Below, one piece after another: positions 1-10,586 of a stretch of 45,439 nt of DNA (within the stretch, counting starts at the first letter, position 1; the number at the start of each line of letters is the position of its first letter). Made by a program: the position numbers and the translations under genes. The DNA lies in the IMG/VR virus record IMGVR_UViG_2541047931_000012; one strand, 5' to 3'. The notes beneath the pieces are model-generated. The model saw nothing but the letters and a program-made list of their open reading frames with translations, had not been told where the DNA came from and did no database searches. Source of the stretch: a virus (taxonomy: Duplodnaviria; Heunggongvirae; Uroviricota; Caudoviricetes).

Positions 1-2370
1 GACGCTTCGCACGTAAAACCAGAAATCCGTCCCCGGCTTAATCCGGCTCCCCTGGACAGTCCACTGACTGCCGGTCCCCAGATAACGGGCAGATTTTTCC
101 ACCTGTGCCGTGTTCGTGATGCGTTTTTCTGAGAACCAGAATTCAAACTGTACCGTCGGGTCATACACCGCAAGACGCGGGACCGCCGTTATCTGAAAAT
201 ACCCCGGCGTCAGTTCAATGGTGGCGGGTTTTGCTGGCGCGTTAATCCGGAAGGTGGTGGTGGCCGGTTCGCCCTGCTGGCCATAACTGTTAATCGCCCT
301 GACCGTCAGGGTGTATTCCCCCAGTGGCAGGCCACTGAAACGGTGCTCCGTATCGGCAGTGATGGCGGTGGTCAGCAGTCTGGCATCCGTTCCCTTACCA
401 CTGGTCAGGCGCAGACTGAAGCGCACGCCCTTCACCACCCGCGGCGTGTCCCATTTAGCCTGCGCCAGATACTGGCCGTCAGCTGCGCTCACCTCCACCG
501 TCAGGTGCTGTACTGCCGGTGGGATAACGCTGTTCAGGGAGCCTGACTGCGGCTCAAAGCGGGCCCCGTTATCCACGATGGCTTCTTTTTCCGGTACGTG
601 CTGCACCGCCGTGATGGCAAAGGTGCCGTCCGTGTTTTCCCGGATGGAGACACAGCGGAACAGGCGACGGCGCAGTGACGGCAGGGAGAGTCCCCACACC
701 CCGTATGTCTCCACACCATCAGGCAGGGTACTGACCTGTATCCGGTCCGGCGCGGGGTGTTCGGTGATGTCCACACTCACCGGCTTACCACTGCCGTTAA
801 TCAGGTTCACCGTGGCGGCACCGGTCTCCGGAAGTGTCACTTCACGGTCCAGCGTCAGGGTGCGGGTGGCAGCATCAATGGACAGGACACGTCCGCCGGT
901 CAGGGTCCCGGCATAGTCGTTATCACAGATTTCAATGATGTCACCGGGTGTGTGCCGCAGCCCCTGAGACCCGAGCGTGAAATCCACCGTCTGCGTTTCC
1001 AGCAGTTCGGTCTTTATCACCCACAGTCCGGCACGGTGGGCCTGACCGCGGCTGGTACAGCCGAACGCGTCCATCTTCAGCAGGTTGCGTCCGTAGCGCA
1101 GTATGGCTTCCGGGTCTTCCACCAGTTCCGTGGAGGTCTGCCAGCCGTTCTGCGGGTCGGTGTAATTCACCTCCACCGCCGTGTGCCGGTCCTTCAGGGC
1201 ACTGAAGCTGTAGCGGAATCCCACGCCGTTATCATCCACCACCACATCGCTGTTGGTGTACGGCCACACCACATCCGACGGGCGGTCCTGAACGAACGTC
1301 AGCGTCTGACCGTTCCATACCGGCATACAGCGCATCGCAGAGCAGAAATCACTGAGAACGTCCCACGCCTTACGCTGTTGTGCCAGGTACGCATTAAAGG
1401 TCATCCGCGGCTCGGTCCCCCCGAAACCATCCGGGACCGTCTGGTCGCAGTACTGCCCGATGGCATACAGCGCCCACTTGTCCACATCCGCCGCCCCCAG
1501 ACGTTTTCCCATGCCGTAGCGCGGGTGAGTCAGCATGTCCCACAGACACCAGGCCGGATTGTTGCTGTATGCCGGTTTCAGACTGCCGTCCCAGATACCA
1601 CTGTACGTGCGTTTTTCCGGGTCATAGTTTGACGGCACCTGAATGATGCGACCGCGGATATGGTAGTTCACCGTCATCTGCTGGCCGCCGAACTGCTCCG
1701 CATCCACCTGCAGCCCCACAATGGCCGTGTTCGGGTAGCACTGTTTCACATCGATGATTTCAGTGTACGATGACCACAGCGTCCTGTTCTGCAACTGGTC
1801 CGTGGTGCTGTCCGCCGTCTCCCGGACCATCCGGATGTTAAAGGGCCGGGGCGGCAGATTATCCAGAATCACCGAGGCCAGGAACTGCGAGGTGGTCTTG
1901 CCGTTAATGGTGACATCCTTTTCCGTCACCCAGCGGCCATTACGCTGTAACTGAATCAGAATCCGGACAGAGGAAGGATTACGGTCGCCCTTTGACGTGG
2001 TCTGCACCAGTGACTGCACCCCGAAGGTAACCCGCAGGCGGTCAATGTTCGCGGACGTAATGGTGCGCGTCACCGGTTTTGCCTTCGTCACTTCCACGCC
2101 CAGTCCGGTTTCAGCTCCGGAGGACTCAAAGCCTTCCGGTGGTGTCTGCTCCTGCTCCCCGGCACGCCAGACCGCAGTCACACCGTGTATCACGGGATTA
2201 CCGTCCGTGTCCGTCAGCGGGGTTTTGTTCACCAGAATACTCTGCAGTCCCTTCACCGGACCTTCTATCGGTCCCTCACCAATCGCATCAATCACACTCA
2301 TCATCTGCGTGGATTTGAGATTATCCTTCGCCTCACGAGGCGTGTGTGCCTTACCGCCACCTTTTCCCAT
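1..2370 (-). CDS. J: Tail tip / host-specificity protein J, N-terminal ~790 codons; the 3' end lies beyond the window start
   Basis: Minus-strand translation from the ATG at 2368-2370 reads [38 protein letters not shown]..., which matches the lambda gpJ N-terminus from memory. The frame stays open to position 1 and the gene follows I as in lambda. Confidence 0.85.
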   Translation of the reverse strand, partial: MGKGGGKAHTPREAKDNLKSTQMMSVIDAIGEGPIEGPVKGLQSILVNKTPLTDTDGNPVIHGVTAVWRAGEQEQTPPEGFESSGAETGLGVEVTKAKPVTRTITSANIDRLRVTFGVQSLVQTTSKGDRNPSSVRILIQLQRNGRWVTEKDVTINGKTTSQFLASVILDNLPPRPFNIRMVRETADSTTDQLQNRTLWSSYTEIIDVKQCYPNTAIVGLQVDAEQFGGQQMTVNYHIRGRIIQVPSNYDPEKRTYSGIWDGSLKPAYSNNPAWCLWDMLTHPRYGMGKRLGAADVDKWALYAIGQYCDQTVPDGFGGTEPRMTFNAYLAQQRKAWDVLSDFCSAMRCMPVWNGQTLTFVQDRPSDVVWPYTNSDVVVDDNGVGFRYSFSALKDRHTAVEVNYTDPQNGWQTSTELVEDPEAILRYGRNLLKMDAFGCTSRGQAHRAGLWVIKTELLETQTVDFTLGSQGLRHTPGDIIEICDNDYAGTLTGGRVLSIDAATRTLTLDREVTLPETGAATVNLINGSGKPVSVDITEHPAPDRIQVSTLPDGVETYGVWGLSLPSLRRRLFRCVSIRENTDGTFAITAVQHVPEKEAIVDNGARFEPQSGSLNSVIPPAVQHLTVEVSAADGQYLAQAKWDTPRVVKGVRFSLRLTSGKGTDARLLTTAITADTEHRFSGLPLGEYTLTVRAINSYGQQGEPATTTFRINAPAKPATIELTPGYFQITAVPRLAVYDPTVQFEFWFSEKRITNTAQVEKSARYLGTGSQWTVQGSRIKPGTDFWFYVRSV

Positions 2371-2476
2371 ACAGCCTTCCCCTGAATAAATTAACCGCCA
2401 CTTGCCATTCCGTACAGAAGTCGGATATCCTTCGCCCGAAAAGCATGAAACACATTTCTGCCATGCTAAAGAGAAA

Positions 2477-2509
2477 CCCCGGTATCAGCAGATACCGGGG
2501 TTTTCTTTC
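2477..2509. terminator. Perfect 10-bp stem / 4-nt loop hairpin (ccccggtatc-agca-gataccgggg) with T-rich tracts on both sides; candidate bidirectional rho-independent terminator in the I-J gap
   Basis: Inverted repeat at 2477-2500 followed by ttttctttc on the plus strand; the minus strand reads tttctcttt after the stem. Confidence 0.55.
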
Positions 2510-2575
2510 ATGCCCACCGATAATCCTGTTGGTTAAAACCGGTAATGGCATAAAAATTCTGAATATCTTCACATT

Positions 2576-2603
2576 TTCACAAACTGACTGTGGCGCGTAT
2601 AAT
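2576..2603 (+). promoter_or_regulatory. Candidate sigma70 promoter (TTCACA - 16 nt - TATAAT) reading rightward in the I-J intergenic insert
   Basis: -35-like ttcaca at 2576-2581 and a perfect -10 tataat at 2598-2603, read directly from the sequence. Confidence 0.4.
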
Positions 2604-2668
2604 TTCTCTGCGTTAATTTTTTTGTCGTGATATAAGAATAATTCCTTACACTTAATCTTCGTAACTCT

Positions 2669-2709
2669 CCCGCAGTTCCTGTCCGCGATCACTGCGGGAT
2701 TTTTTTATT
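2669..2709 (+). terminator. Rho-independent terminator (cccgcagt...actgcggg followed by a T-run) about 70-100 nt downstream of the candidate promoter
   Basis: 8-bp inverted repeat at 2669-2676 and 2691-2698, followed by attttttta. Confidence 0.55.
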
Positions 2710-2713
2710 CTTT

Positions 2714-3394
2714 TTACCCCTGCCGCCCGATAACCACGACCTTTCCGCCCCCGCCTTCATCACGGGTGCTGATGTCCTGGGATATACGGCGGGAGCCAAC
2801 CAGCATTTCCCCGTAAGGCACCGGCATCGGGTTCCCCTGGGCAATCATGTTATCCAGCGAGGAAAAGTACGTGTTCTGTCTGCCGTTATCCGTTGCGCGG
2901 TAATCCGGTGTTTTTGCCTTCGGGGCCAGCATCTGGGCCACTCCGCCCAGTATCATGCTGGCACCCAGTGAAAACAGCATCGTGGTGGCAGAAAAACCAC
3001 CGGCACTCAGGGCTGTACCCCATAACGCCATCGAGCCTCCGGCCGTGAAGAAAGAGCCCACGATGGCTGCCGCCCCCAGCACAATCTGCAGTCCACCCTT
3101 TCCGGCCCCGGCCAGTCGCGGCACAATGTGGATGACCGTTCCCTCACCCAGCTGTTCGTGAAGACGGGCATACACCGCCTCCGGTGCCGTGTCATCACCG
3201 GCAATACGTATCTGGTACCAGCCTTCGTTCATCTGACGGCGAAAGCCCGGCATCTGCATCGACAGGGCGCGAATGGCTTCCGCTGCCGTGTTCACATACA
3301 GGCTGAGGCGGCGGCCAAATCGTTGCAAATCCCCGTGAAGGCAGATGCGTGCCAGTGGCGGTGACGCCAGACAGAATGCGTTCGTCGTTGCCAT
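2714..3394 (-). CDS. I: Tail assembly protein I
   Basis: 226-aa ORF in the lambda I position (lambda I is ~223 aa) with the same ~100-nt overlap with K as in lambda. Confidence 0.8.
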   Translation of the reverse strand: MATTNAFCLASPPLARICLHGDLQRFGRRLSLYVNTAAEAIRALSMQMPGFRRQMNEGWYQIRIAGDDTAPEAVYARLHEQLGEGTVIHIVPRLAGAGKGGLQIVLGAAAIVGSFFTAGGSMALWGTALSAGGFSATTMLFSLGASMILGGVAQMLAPKAKTPDYRATDNGRQNTYFSSLDNMIAQGNPMPVPYGEMLVGSRRISQDISTRDEGGGGKVVVIGRQG

Positions 3395-4035
3395 TTTTCG
3401 GAATACCTCTCCCGTTTACTCAGTTGTTCAGGCAGATGGTGAAGCAGCTCACCGTTGCCGCAGTAAATGGCGGCATGGTTCGGTACCGAAGCACCAAAGC
3501 AGCACAGCAGAATATCGCCCGCCTGTGCAGAGGACAGGGGCACCCGGTAAAAGCCGGTGACCGCCATATTGTCCAGGTAAAGGTTCTGACCGTTGCGCCA
3601 CCAGTCATCCTCGCGATGAAAATCCGGCATTTCAGTCCCCGCCAGATGGTATGCATCCCGGAACAGGGTGTAACAGTCCGTCACCCCGTGCTCAAAGCGC
3701 CGTCCCGTCAGGTGCGGCACGCAGCGGAATTTGTGAATGTCACCCCGGCAGACCAGCCACCAGGGCAGTGCGCTTTTTATCTGCAGCCGCCGGTCAGCCT
3801 CGCTCAGCCAGGGCAGCCCACCGGGATGACTGTGGACCAGTGCCACAATCTCCCCCTGCATCTCTGCCCGCAGCCAGTCTTCCGGTGCAATACGAAAATA
3901 CGCCTCCGGCTCTGCAGAGATATTCACACAAGGGATATACCGCTCCCCCTCCGGCGTTCTCACCACTAAGCCGCACGACTCCGCAGGCACACACCGCCGG
4001 GCATGCGCCAGAATCGCTGATTCTGTCTGTGTCAT
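3292..4035 (-). CDS. K: Tail assembly protein K
   Basis: ORF starts MTQTESAILAHARRC... and contains the HSHPGG motif, matching lambda gpK from memory; sits between L and I. Confidence 0.85.
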   Translation of the reverse strand: MTQTESAILAHARRCVPAESCGLVVRTPEGERYIPCVNISAEPEAYFRIAPEDWLRAEMQGEIVALVHSHPGGLPWLSEADRRLQIKSALPWWLVCRGDIHKFRCVPHLTGRRFEHGVTDCYTLFRDAYHLAGTEMPDFHREDDWWRNGQNLYLDNMAVTGFYRVPLSSAQAGDILLCCFGASVPNHAAIYCGNGELLHHLPEQLSKRERYSEKWQRRTHSVWRHRHWHASAFTGICNDLAAASACM

Positions 4036-4040
4036 TGGAT

Positions 4041-4738
4041 TTACTGCGAAAGTTTGTTAATGGAAAGGAAACCGCCAAAATTAGCCACCATGCCGCGCAT
4101 CTCACACCCGCGCATGCACTTGCTGCATCTGTCCTTACGGATATCCGTGGTGGGGTTGTCGAACTCATCCGCCACCGCAGGACCGTTATACCCGCATTCA
4201 TCTCCCCGGTAATCCCACATACAGGTGTTCGCCAGCATGATGCGACCGGGAAACAGCGCCCCGTCCGTCTCGGTCGGTGTGGCCAGCACAAACGAGGCCG
4301 TCATGGCTGTCAGCTGCGACATCTGCTCCACCACCCAGCGGTCACTCAGCTCCTGCTCCGGGTCCGCCTCCGGATTGCCCGCAACGAAATTCACCGCATC
4401 CAGAAAACGGGCATACACCCGGCGGCGGACCACCGTGGCCCCACCAGACTCTGCAGGTCTTCCGCCATCCCGGTGACCAGACCGAACAGATTGGACACCG
4501 TCAGCGACGGTCTGGCACTGCTGCCCCGGCCGTTCATCTCAAAGCCGCTGCCGTCAATCGGGTATGCCTCATACTTACGCCCCTGCCAGGTGACCGGCTC
4601 CCCTTTTTCATTCAGCTCATTACAGAAAAAATACCGCTCACCACCCTGTACCGTCAGGTCGATTTCCCAGAGTACCACCCGCGGTGACTGCTCTGACTTA
4701 ACCGACTCGTTCAGACTTTCTTCGCGAATATCCTGCAT
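4041..4738 (-). pseudogene. L: Minor tail protein L interrupted by a -1 frameshift in a G4 run (or a sequencing error)
   Basis: Two overlapping minus-strand ORFs (4391-4738 and 4041-4433) together reproduce lambda gpL (MQDIREESLNE...MAEDLQSLVG then ...VVRRRVYARFLDAVNFV...INKLSQ). The span is 698 nt rather than 699, and the frames switch at ctggtggggccacgg (plus-strand c-run 4439-4442). Confidence 0.6.
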
Positions 4739-5067
4739 CAGTTCACCACCTGCTTAAACTCCGCGCTGAACTCAACGCGCAACATCCCGACCCGCGCAGA
4801 CCACCCGGCACAGGTCACCTTTATCTGCCGGTATGCATAGGGTGGCTTCCACAAAAATGCCTTCCAGCCACCGTGCTCTGCCAGGAACGCTTCCAGATGC
4901 CGGGCCTCCTCCCGGGTCACGGAAAGCGTCACCCTGTATGTTTTCAGGTCAGCATTCAGCCCTGCCGCCATACGCTGTGAGTACCCGTCACCAAAACGCA
5001 CTTCACGCACCGATGGCTGCGAGTTCACCTCCATATCCGGCTTCACTTTCCAGCGAAAGGTTTTCAT
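4738..5067 (-). CDS. M: Minor tail protein M
   Basis: 109-aa ORF, same length and position as lambda M. Confidence 0.8.
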   Translation of the reverse strand: MKTFRWKVKPDMEVNSQPSVREVRFGDGYSQRMAAGLNADLKTYRVTLSVTREEARHLEAFLAEHGGWKAFLWKPPYAYRQIKVTCAGWSARVGMLRVEFSAEFKQVVN

Positions 5068-7625
5068 CCACCGCTCCCTGATAACATACCGCCATCACGC
5101 AACTGCAGCCGGAGTTCATCCTGTGCCCCCTTGCGGGCCATCTCATACACCGCTTTCATCAGCTGCGGCCCTGCCCGCCCGTTGGGGCCGTCGTTCTGAA
5201 TCACCACGTGATTGTTCTGATTAAAATTAATGCCTTCCGCCCGCCGCATCTGCGCCGGACTTCCGGCACCGCCGACATAACCACCTTCCGCATAGCCCCG
5301 CATCAGGCGGTACAGATTGCCGACACCAATCCGGCTGGTCGCCTCCTTCGTGAAGACAAACTCCCCGCGATGAACAATCCCCGCTGGTTCATATTTACCC
5401 CCCGTCCCCGTAAATCCCCCGGTCGCGAAATGGAAGTTCGCCGCCGCAGCCTGAATGGCCGTCCCCGTGGAGGCAGACGCACCACCACCGAAAGCACCGC
5501 CAATGGCGCTGCCGATACTCCCGACTATCCCCACCATCGCCTGCTTCAGAAAAATCTCTGTCAGCATGGACAGCACAGAACGGGTGAAACCACGCCAGTT
5601 CTGTTCGCTGCCGGTCAGCATCGCTGCCATATTCTGTGCAATACCGTCAAAGGTCTGCGTGGCAGCACTTTTTACCTGCGACATACTGTCCGTGGCACTC
5701 TCTTCCCACTCACTCCAGCCGGACCTGAGGCCTGCCATCCAGTTCCCGCGAAGCAGGTCTTCAGCCGCCCAGGTCTTTTTCTGCTCTGACATGACGTTAT
5801 TCAGCGCCAGCGGATTATCGCCATACTGTTCCTTCAGGCGCTGTTCCGTGGCTTCCCGTTCTGCCTGCCGGTCAGTCAGCCCCCGGCTTTTCGCATCAAT
5901 GGCGGCCCGTTTTGCCCGTTGCTGCTGTGCGAATTTATCCGCCTGCTGCGCCAGCGCGTTCAGGCGCTCCTGATACGTAACCTTGTCGCCAAGTGCAGCC
6001 AGCTGGCGTTTGTACTCCAGCGTCTCATCTTTATGCGCCAGCAGGGATTTCTCCTGTGCAGACAGCTGGCGACGTTGCGCCGCCTCCTCCAGTACCGCGA
6101 ACTGACTCTCCGCCTTCCACAAATCCCGGCGCTGCTGGCTGATTTTCTCATTCGCTCCGGCATGCTTCTCCAGCGTCCGGAGTTCTGCCTGAAGCGTCAG
6201 CAGGGCAGCATGAGCACTGTCTTCCTGACGATCGCCCGCAGACACCTTCACGCCGGACTGTTTCGGCTTTTTCAGCGTCGCTTCATAATCCTTTTTCGCC
6301 GCCGCCATCAGCGTGTTGTAATCCGCCTGCAGGATTTTCCCGTCTTTCAGTGCCTTGTTCAGTTCTTCCTGACGGGCGGTATATTTCTCCAGCGGCGTCT
6401 GCAGCCGTTCGTAAGCCTTCTGCGCCTCTTCGGTATATTTCAGCCGTGACGCTTCGGTATCGCTCTGCTGCTGCGCATTTTTGTCCTGTTGAGTCTGCTG
6501 CTCAGCCTTCTTTCGGGCGGCTTCAAGCGCAAGACGGGCCTTTTCACGATCATCCCAGTAACGCGCCCGCGCTTCATCGTTAACAAAATAATCATCCTTG
6601 CGCAGATTCCAGATGTCGTCTGCTTTCTTAAACGCAGCCTCTGCCTTAATCAGCATCTCCTGCGCGGTATCAGGACGACCAATATCCAGCACCGCATCCC
6701 ACATGGATTTGAATGCCCGCGCTGTCCTGTCTGCCCAGGTCTCCAGCGTGCCCATGTTCTCTTTCAGGCGGCGGGTCTGGTCATCAAACCCTTTCGTTGC
6801 GGCCTCGTTCGCCGCCTGCAATGCCCCGGTTTCATCGCCGGAACGCTGCAACTGAGCAACATACGCAATCTGCTCCGCCGTCACGTTATGGAACTGCTTC
6901 GCCATCGCAATCAGCCCCGACGTCGGGTCAGTGGTCAGTTTTCCGAAAGCCTCTGCAACCTTGTCCACCTCCACACCGGATGCAGACGCAAAACGCGCGA
7001 CACTCTGGTTGATGGCATCAAACTGTTCACCACCACGCACACCGGCATTCACCATGGCTGCCAGTGACTCACTCGCCTGGTTAAACGTCAGCCCTGCGGC
7101 CTGTCCGGCTCTGGAGAGCGTCAGCATGCGATCGGCAGTCAGTCCGGACTGATTACCGGAAAGAACCAGGGTTTTATTAAACGCTGAAAGCGTGGAATCT
7201 CCCTGGTACCAGGCGTACACCAGCGCACCTGTCGCCACCGCCAGCGAGGTGACCCCGACCATCGGCAGGGTGATCGCACCGGCAAGCCCCCTGAACATGG
7301 GGATCATCCCGCCGAAGGAGTCCTTCACCTGACCGCCCTGTTGCAGCAGGATCAGCCAGGGATTCTGACCACCGGCAAGCTGCGTGGCGATATCCGTAAA
7401 CTGTGCGGGCAGGGTTCGCATGGCCGCTTTATACTGCCCGACGGAAATCCCTGCTTTTTGTGCAGCCAGCGCCTGGCGGCTCAGGCCCTGTTCAACAGCA
7501 CTGGCGGTTTTTCTGGCGTCGGTATCCAGACCTGAAAAATGACGCCTTACCCGGCTCATCTGCTCATCGAAACGGACAGCATCCAGACTAAGGTCAATAA
7601 CAAGATCACCAACCGGCTGGGACAT
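5064..7625 (-). CDS. H: Tail tape measure protein H
   Basis: 853-aa ORF (lambda H is 853 aa) with a coiled-coil A/Q/E/K-rich middle and a glycine-rich C-terminus, between T and M. Confidence 0.9.
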   Translation of the reverse strand: MSQPVGDLVIDLSLDAVRFDEQMSRVRRHFSGLDTDARKTASAVEQGLSRQALAAQKAGISVGQYKAAMRTLPAQFTDIATQLAGGQNPWLILLQQGGQVKDSFGGMIPMFRGLAGAITLPMVGVTSLAVATGALVYAWYQGDSTLSAFNKTLVLSGNQSGLTADRMLTLSRAGQAAGLTFNQASESLAAMVNAGVRGGEQFDAINQSVARFASASGVEVDKVAEAFGKLTTDPTSGLIAMAKQFHNVTAEQIAYVAQLQRSGDETGALQAANEAATKGFDDQTRRLKENMGTLETWADRTARAFKSMWDAVLDIGRPDTAQEMLIKAEAAFKKADDIWNLRKDDYFVNDEARARYWDDREKARLALEAARKKAEQQTQQDKNAQQQSDTEASRLKYTEEAQKAYERLQTPLEKYTARQEELNKALKDGKILQADYNTLMAAAKKDYEATLKKPKQSGVKVSAGDRQEDSAHAALLTLQAELRTLEKHAGANEKISQQRRDLWKAESQFAVLEEAAQRRQLSAQEKSLLAHKDETLEYKRQLAALGDKVTYQERLNALAQQADKFAQQQRAKRAAIDAKSRGLTDRQAEREATEQRLKEQYGDNPLALNNVMSEQKKTWAAEDLLRGNWMAGLRSGWSEWEESATDSMSQVKSAATQTFDGIAQNMAAMLTGSEQNWRGFTRSVLSMLTEIFLKQAMVGIVGSIGSAIGGAFGGGASASTGTAIQAAAANFHFATGGFTGTGGKYEPAGIVHRGEFVFTKEATSRIGVGNLYRLMRGYAEGGYVGGAGSPAQMRRAEGINFNQNNHVVIQNDGPNGRAGPQLMKAVYEMARKGAQDELRLQLRDGGMLSGSGG

Positions 7626-8477
7626 ATCTCACACCTCCCGGAATCCCCGCTGAAGCCATCATTAATGCGGCATCATCCACCATGACATCCGCCACATCCG
7701 CAGACGATAAAATATCGCGCCCTCCGTCCCCACCGAATCGGACGCCTCCGGCAAGTCCTGCCGCTTTCTGCATCAGCATTTTGTCCTCATCCGGCCTCTC
7801 CACCTGCTCTTCCTCATGCCGGGGGACAAGCAGACTGAAATCAGAGGGATGCATATCCGGATCGCAAAAAAACAGGCTGAGTACAGCGTACGTCAGCCCG
7901 GAAAAATGCATATCCAGCTGGGTATCCTGAAAATAATGCGTGCGGTAAAAACGGTGCCAGTCGGCATATTCGGTGGATGTCATCCCGGCAAGCATGGCGC
8001 GCCAGTCGGGTCTCCCCATCTCACGCGCCAGTCTGAGGGCAAAGTTCAGCTCGCCGTCGAAGACTTTCCCGCAGAAAAATCATCATCAGTCAGCGTGTTA
8101 TTTTTCGCCACTTCAGTAATATCAGTATCCGGACGAACAGCTTCGATCATCCCGGACAGGCACAACACCACGTCTTCCGCCCGGGCAATGGCATCGGCAG
8201 GCCAGGTGGTGAGCACTTCCTGCTCTATCTTCATCACGGCCTCATTCATTGACGGTGACTGCGTTTTCTGTGGATGGTTATGCCACAGGGACATCGCCAC
8301 CAGAAACGCGCCGGTTCTGACAAGATCTTCCACACTCACCTGCAGGTTGCCGCTGGCTTCAGCCTCTTCTGCCCGCCGTTTCAGGAGGGCAAGATGCTCA
8401 ATACGCTGCAGCGCAGACAGCTCAGAAAGCGTGACGGATACACCGTTATATTCAAATTGTTCTGTTTTCAGGAACAT
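7606..8477 (-). CDS. T: Tail assembly chaperone G-T fusion, made by a programmed -1 frameshift from the G frame into the T frame
   Basis: The T frame (7606-8019) has no start of its own near the G end; after a -1 shift at the slippery site the reading continues GKVFDGELNFALRLAREMGRPDWRAMLAG..., as in lambda GT. Confidence 0.75.
8046..8477 (-). CDS. G: Tail assembly chaperone G
   Basis: 143-aa ORF ending ...DDDFSAGKSSTAS in the lambda G position upstream of T. Confidence 0.85.
   Translation of the reverse strand: MFLKTEQFEYNGVSVTLSELSALQRIEHLALLKRRAEEAEASGNLQVSVEDLVRTGAFLVAMSLWHNHPQKTQSPSMNEAVMKIEQEVLTTWPADAIARAEDVVLCLSGMIEAVRPDTDITEVAKNNTLTDDDFSAGKSSTAS
8064..8070 (-). other. Slippery heptamer G GGA AAG for the G to G-T -1 ribosomal frameshift
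   Basis: Minus-strand gggaaag (plus-strand ctttccc at 8064-8070) lies 6 codons before the G stop, the same heptamer as in lambda. Confidence 0.75.
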
Positions 8478-8495
8478 CGCTTATCTCTCAGCTCT

Positions 8496-9242
8496 TTAGC
8501 CACCCGGCACATTATTAACGGTAATTTCAGCCACCGCAGCAAACTGACCATTACCGGAAATCACAGGGATGCTGACTTTTCCATCCTTAACCCCCGTCAC
8601 AGTAATCGTCATATCTTTCACGCTAATGGTGGCTTTTGATGGATCGGCGGAAATCGCCCTGAATGTCTTATCCGTTGCATTTTCCGGTTCCACAGTAACG
8701 GTCAGGGTGGTTGTTTTCCCTTTTTCAACCGTACCTGTCGGCGTTACCTTAATCGCAGTGACCGGCGTAATTTTGCTGCGTTCTTCCGCTACAGAAGGTT
8801 TACCCACGTTAGTGACTTTCACCGTGCGGGTGATCACTTCTTTCGCCGTCACGGCCTTACCGATACTGCTGACCCAGCCACGAAACACATCCACCGTGCC
8901 ATTCGGAAAACGGATTTTATAGGCCCGGACATCGCCGCTTTCAAACCAGCCTATAAGCCCTTTCTGACCTTCCTCTCCCGGTTTCCAGGCCAGCGTAAAA
9001 CTGGTATCACCTGCAGATTTCTGCCCCTGCCCGGTCGCGCTCCAGTCCGCGTCTTCATCATCCAGGTAGTTATCATCGTAGGATTCAGCCGTCATCTCGC
9101 CCGGCGTCAGATCCTTCACCTTAGCCAGTCGCTGCCAGTCATCGTCTGACAACGGGTTTGCATAAGCATCAGCCTTGCCGTTGTAAACCCACAGAGTGGT
9201 ACCGGCACCTTTTACCGGCTCCAGGGGATTTGGTGTTGCCAT
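8496..9242 (-). CDS. V: Major tail protein V
   Basis: 248-aa ORF in the lambda V position; the C-terminal third looks like an Ig-like (Big_2) domain. Confidence 0.85.
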   Translation of the reverse strand: MATPNPLEPVKGAGTTLWVYNGKADAYANPLSDDDWQRLAKVKDLTPGEMTAESYDDNYLDDEDADWSATGQGQKSAGDTSFTLAWKPGEEGQKGLIGWFESGDVRAYKIRFPNGTVDVFRGWVSSIGKAVTAKEVITRTVKVTNVGKPSVAEERSKITPVTAIKVTPTGTVEKGKTTTLTVTVEPENATDKTFRAISADPSKATISVKDMTITVTGVKDGKVSIPVISGNGQFAAVAEITVNNVPGG

Positions 9243-9249
9243 ATCGTCC

Positions 9250-9645
9250 TCACATCTCGTATGTAATGGAATAAGTCAGATCCGCAGAGCTCCATAACGC
9301 CATATCGTCATCACGACGATACTCATAGCCCTGCGTAACCATCGTGGTAATCAGTCCTGCCAGTGCCGGGATCGCAGTCATCGCCGGGTAAATCCGGCTT
9401 TCCATCCACTGATCAAGCTCTGAATCCGGTACCTGTGCCGGTAAAAACACCTCAATATGCAGCGTGGCCCGCCAGGTATCTGCATCCAGCTCTTCACCGG
9501 TATACTCTGCATCCGTCAGATAAACCGCGATCGCAGGAAAATCCTCTTCGTCAAAAACAACGGGGCGACCATCAAACAGCGTCGCCCCGTGTTCATGCTG
9601 CTCGAGTGCATCCAGCACTGCGGCACGAATGTCAGTGTGTTTCAT
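9250..9645 (-). CDS. U: Tail terminator protein U
   Basis: 131-aa ORF between Z and V, same size as lambda U. Confidence 0.8.
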   Translation of the reverse strand: MKHTDIRAAVLDALEQHEHGATLFDGRPVVFDEEDFPAIAVYLTDAEYTGEELDADTWRATLHIEVFLPAQVPDSELDQWMESRIYPAMTAIPALAGLITTMVTQGYEYRRDDDMALWSSADLTYSITYEM

Positions 9646-10217
9646 CGTTTTATCGCAATCCTCAGTTGTTGTTTCAGCGCGTATGCCAGTTCTTTAGGCA
9701 GGCGTTCACGCCGGATACGGTCAACATTCTCATCAAATGCCTGTTTCAGTGGGGCCGCCATCGGGATTTTCACCACCTGAATGGGAAGGCGATTACGCTT
9801 TTTCCTTCCCTTGTCGTCATTGCCCTCCTCATATCTGGCCTGGGGAAGACGTTGCATAACATGCCAGCGCCCATTATTTAATCGCTGGATAAATGCCCGC
9901 TGATAACGATGCTGACCGGCTTTGAGTATGCTGTCCGGACGACGCCCCAGCATTCTGATCCCCAGCTTAATCACAGGGAGATCACCGCGGTTAACGATAA
10001 TTTTTGCATTCGGATTTCTGACCGTGGCCCGTTTCAGTCTGGACCGTTCCTTAACCAGTTTCCGGCGTACCTTTGTCTCCCGGGCAACCTGTGATGAAGA
10101 CTGATTAATCGCCGTTGTGGCCACGCGGTTAATCGTCATTGCTGAAGCCGCCGGAATGGCGTTTTTACGAACCCGGCTCAGATTATCAATCGCCTGATCA
10201 AGCCCTTTTATCGCCAT
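9642..10217 (-). CDS. Z: Tail completion protein Z
   Basis: 191-aa basic ORF between FII and U, same size as lambda Z. Confidence 0.8.
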   Translation of the reverse strand: MAIKGLDQAIDNLSRVRKNAIPAASAMTINRVATTAINQSSSQVARETKVRRKLVKERSRLKRATVRNPNAKIIVNRGDLPVIKLGIRMLGRRPDSILKAGQHRYQRAFIQRLNNGRWHVMQRLPQARYEEGNDDKGRKKRNRLPIQVVKIPMAAPLKQAFDENVDRIRRERLPKELAYALKQQLRIAIKR

Positions 10218-10232
10218 AATTTCACCCTGCGT

Positions 10233-10586
10233 TTATCGTCGCCGGTTAACAGCGGGTGGTTGCCCACGGTTGAGCCAGAGATAACAGCTTCCCCCGTCAT
10301 CCGGAGAAACACGATCCACCCAGAACATCTCGCCGTTAATGGTCAGCGTGTCACCACGCCGCACGGCACGCACCGTATCCGTCCGCACAAATAATGACGG
10401 GCTGCTTCCTTCAATACGGACCCCGCCACCGGCAAAACCCAGCGACTCCGGATCGTCAAAAACCCCCTGAACTTCGCCGCCACGTTGTGCTCCGGAGGTG
10501 AACTGCGCACGGATCCCCATCACTTCAACGATCGTACTGTCCACCCCGGCGAGGGCAGCATCAAAGGCATTCTGAAAATCACGCAT
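10233..10586 (-). CDS. FII: Head-tail connector protein FII
   Basis: 117-aa ORF, same size and position as lambda FII. Confidence 0.8.
   Translation of the reverse strand: MRDFQNAFDAALAGVDSTIVEVMGIRAQFTSGAQRGGEVQGVFDDPESLGFAGGGVRIEGSSPSLFVRTDTVRAVRRGDTLTINGEMFWVDRVSPDDGGSCYLWLNRGQPPAVNRRR

Noticed and set aside
311-1632. Plus-strand ORFs of 200-290 aa (311-916, 757-1632) inside the J region
   Set aside because: They are antisense to a well-supported lambda-like J frame and are low-complexity Arg/Pro/Ser/Thr-rich; typical shadow ORFs of GC-rich coding DNA.
2351-2692. 113-aa minus-strand ORF filling the I-J gap
   Set aside because: Runs through two strong hairpin terminators, has no RBS, overlaps the J start and has a low-complexity translation; the gap is better explained as non-coding.
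3651-7067. Long plus-strand ORFs (for example 3651-4757, 5455-5973, 6489-7067) across K/L/H
   Set aside because: Antisense to the intact tail genes K, L and H; no start context and shadow-ORF composition.
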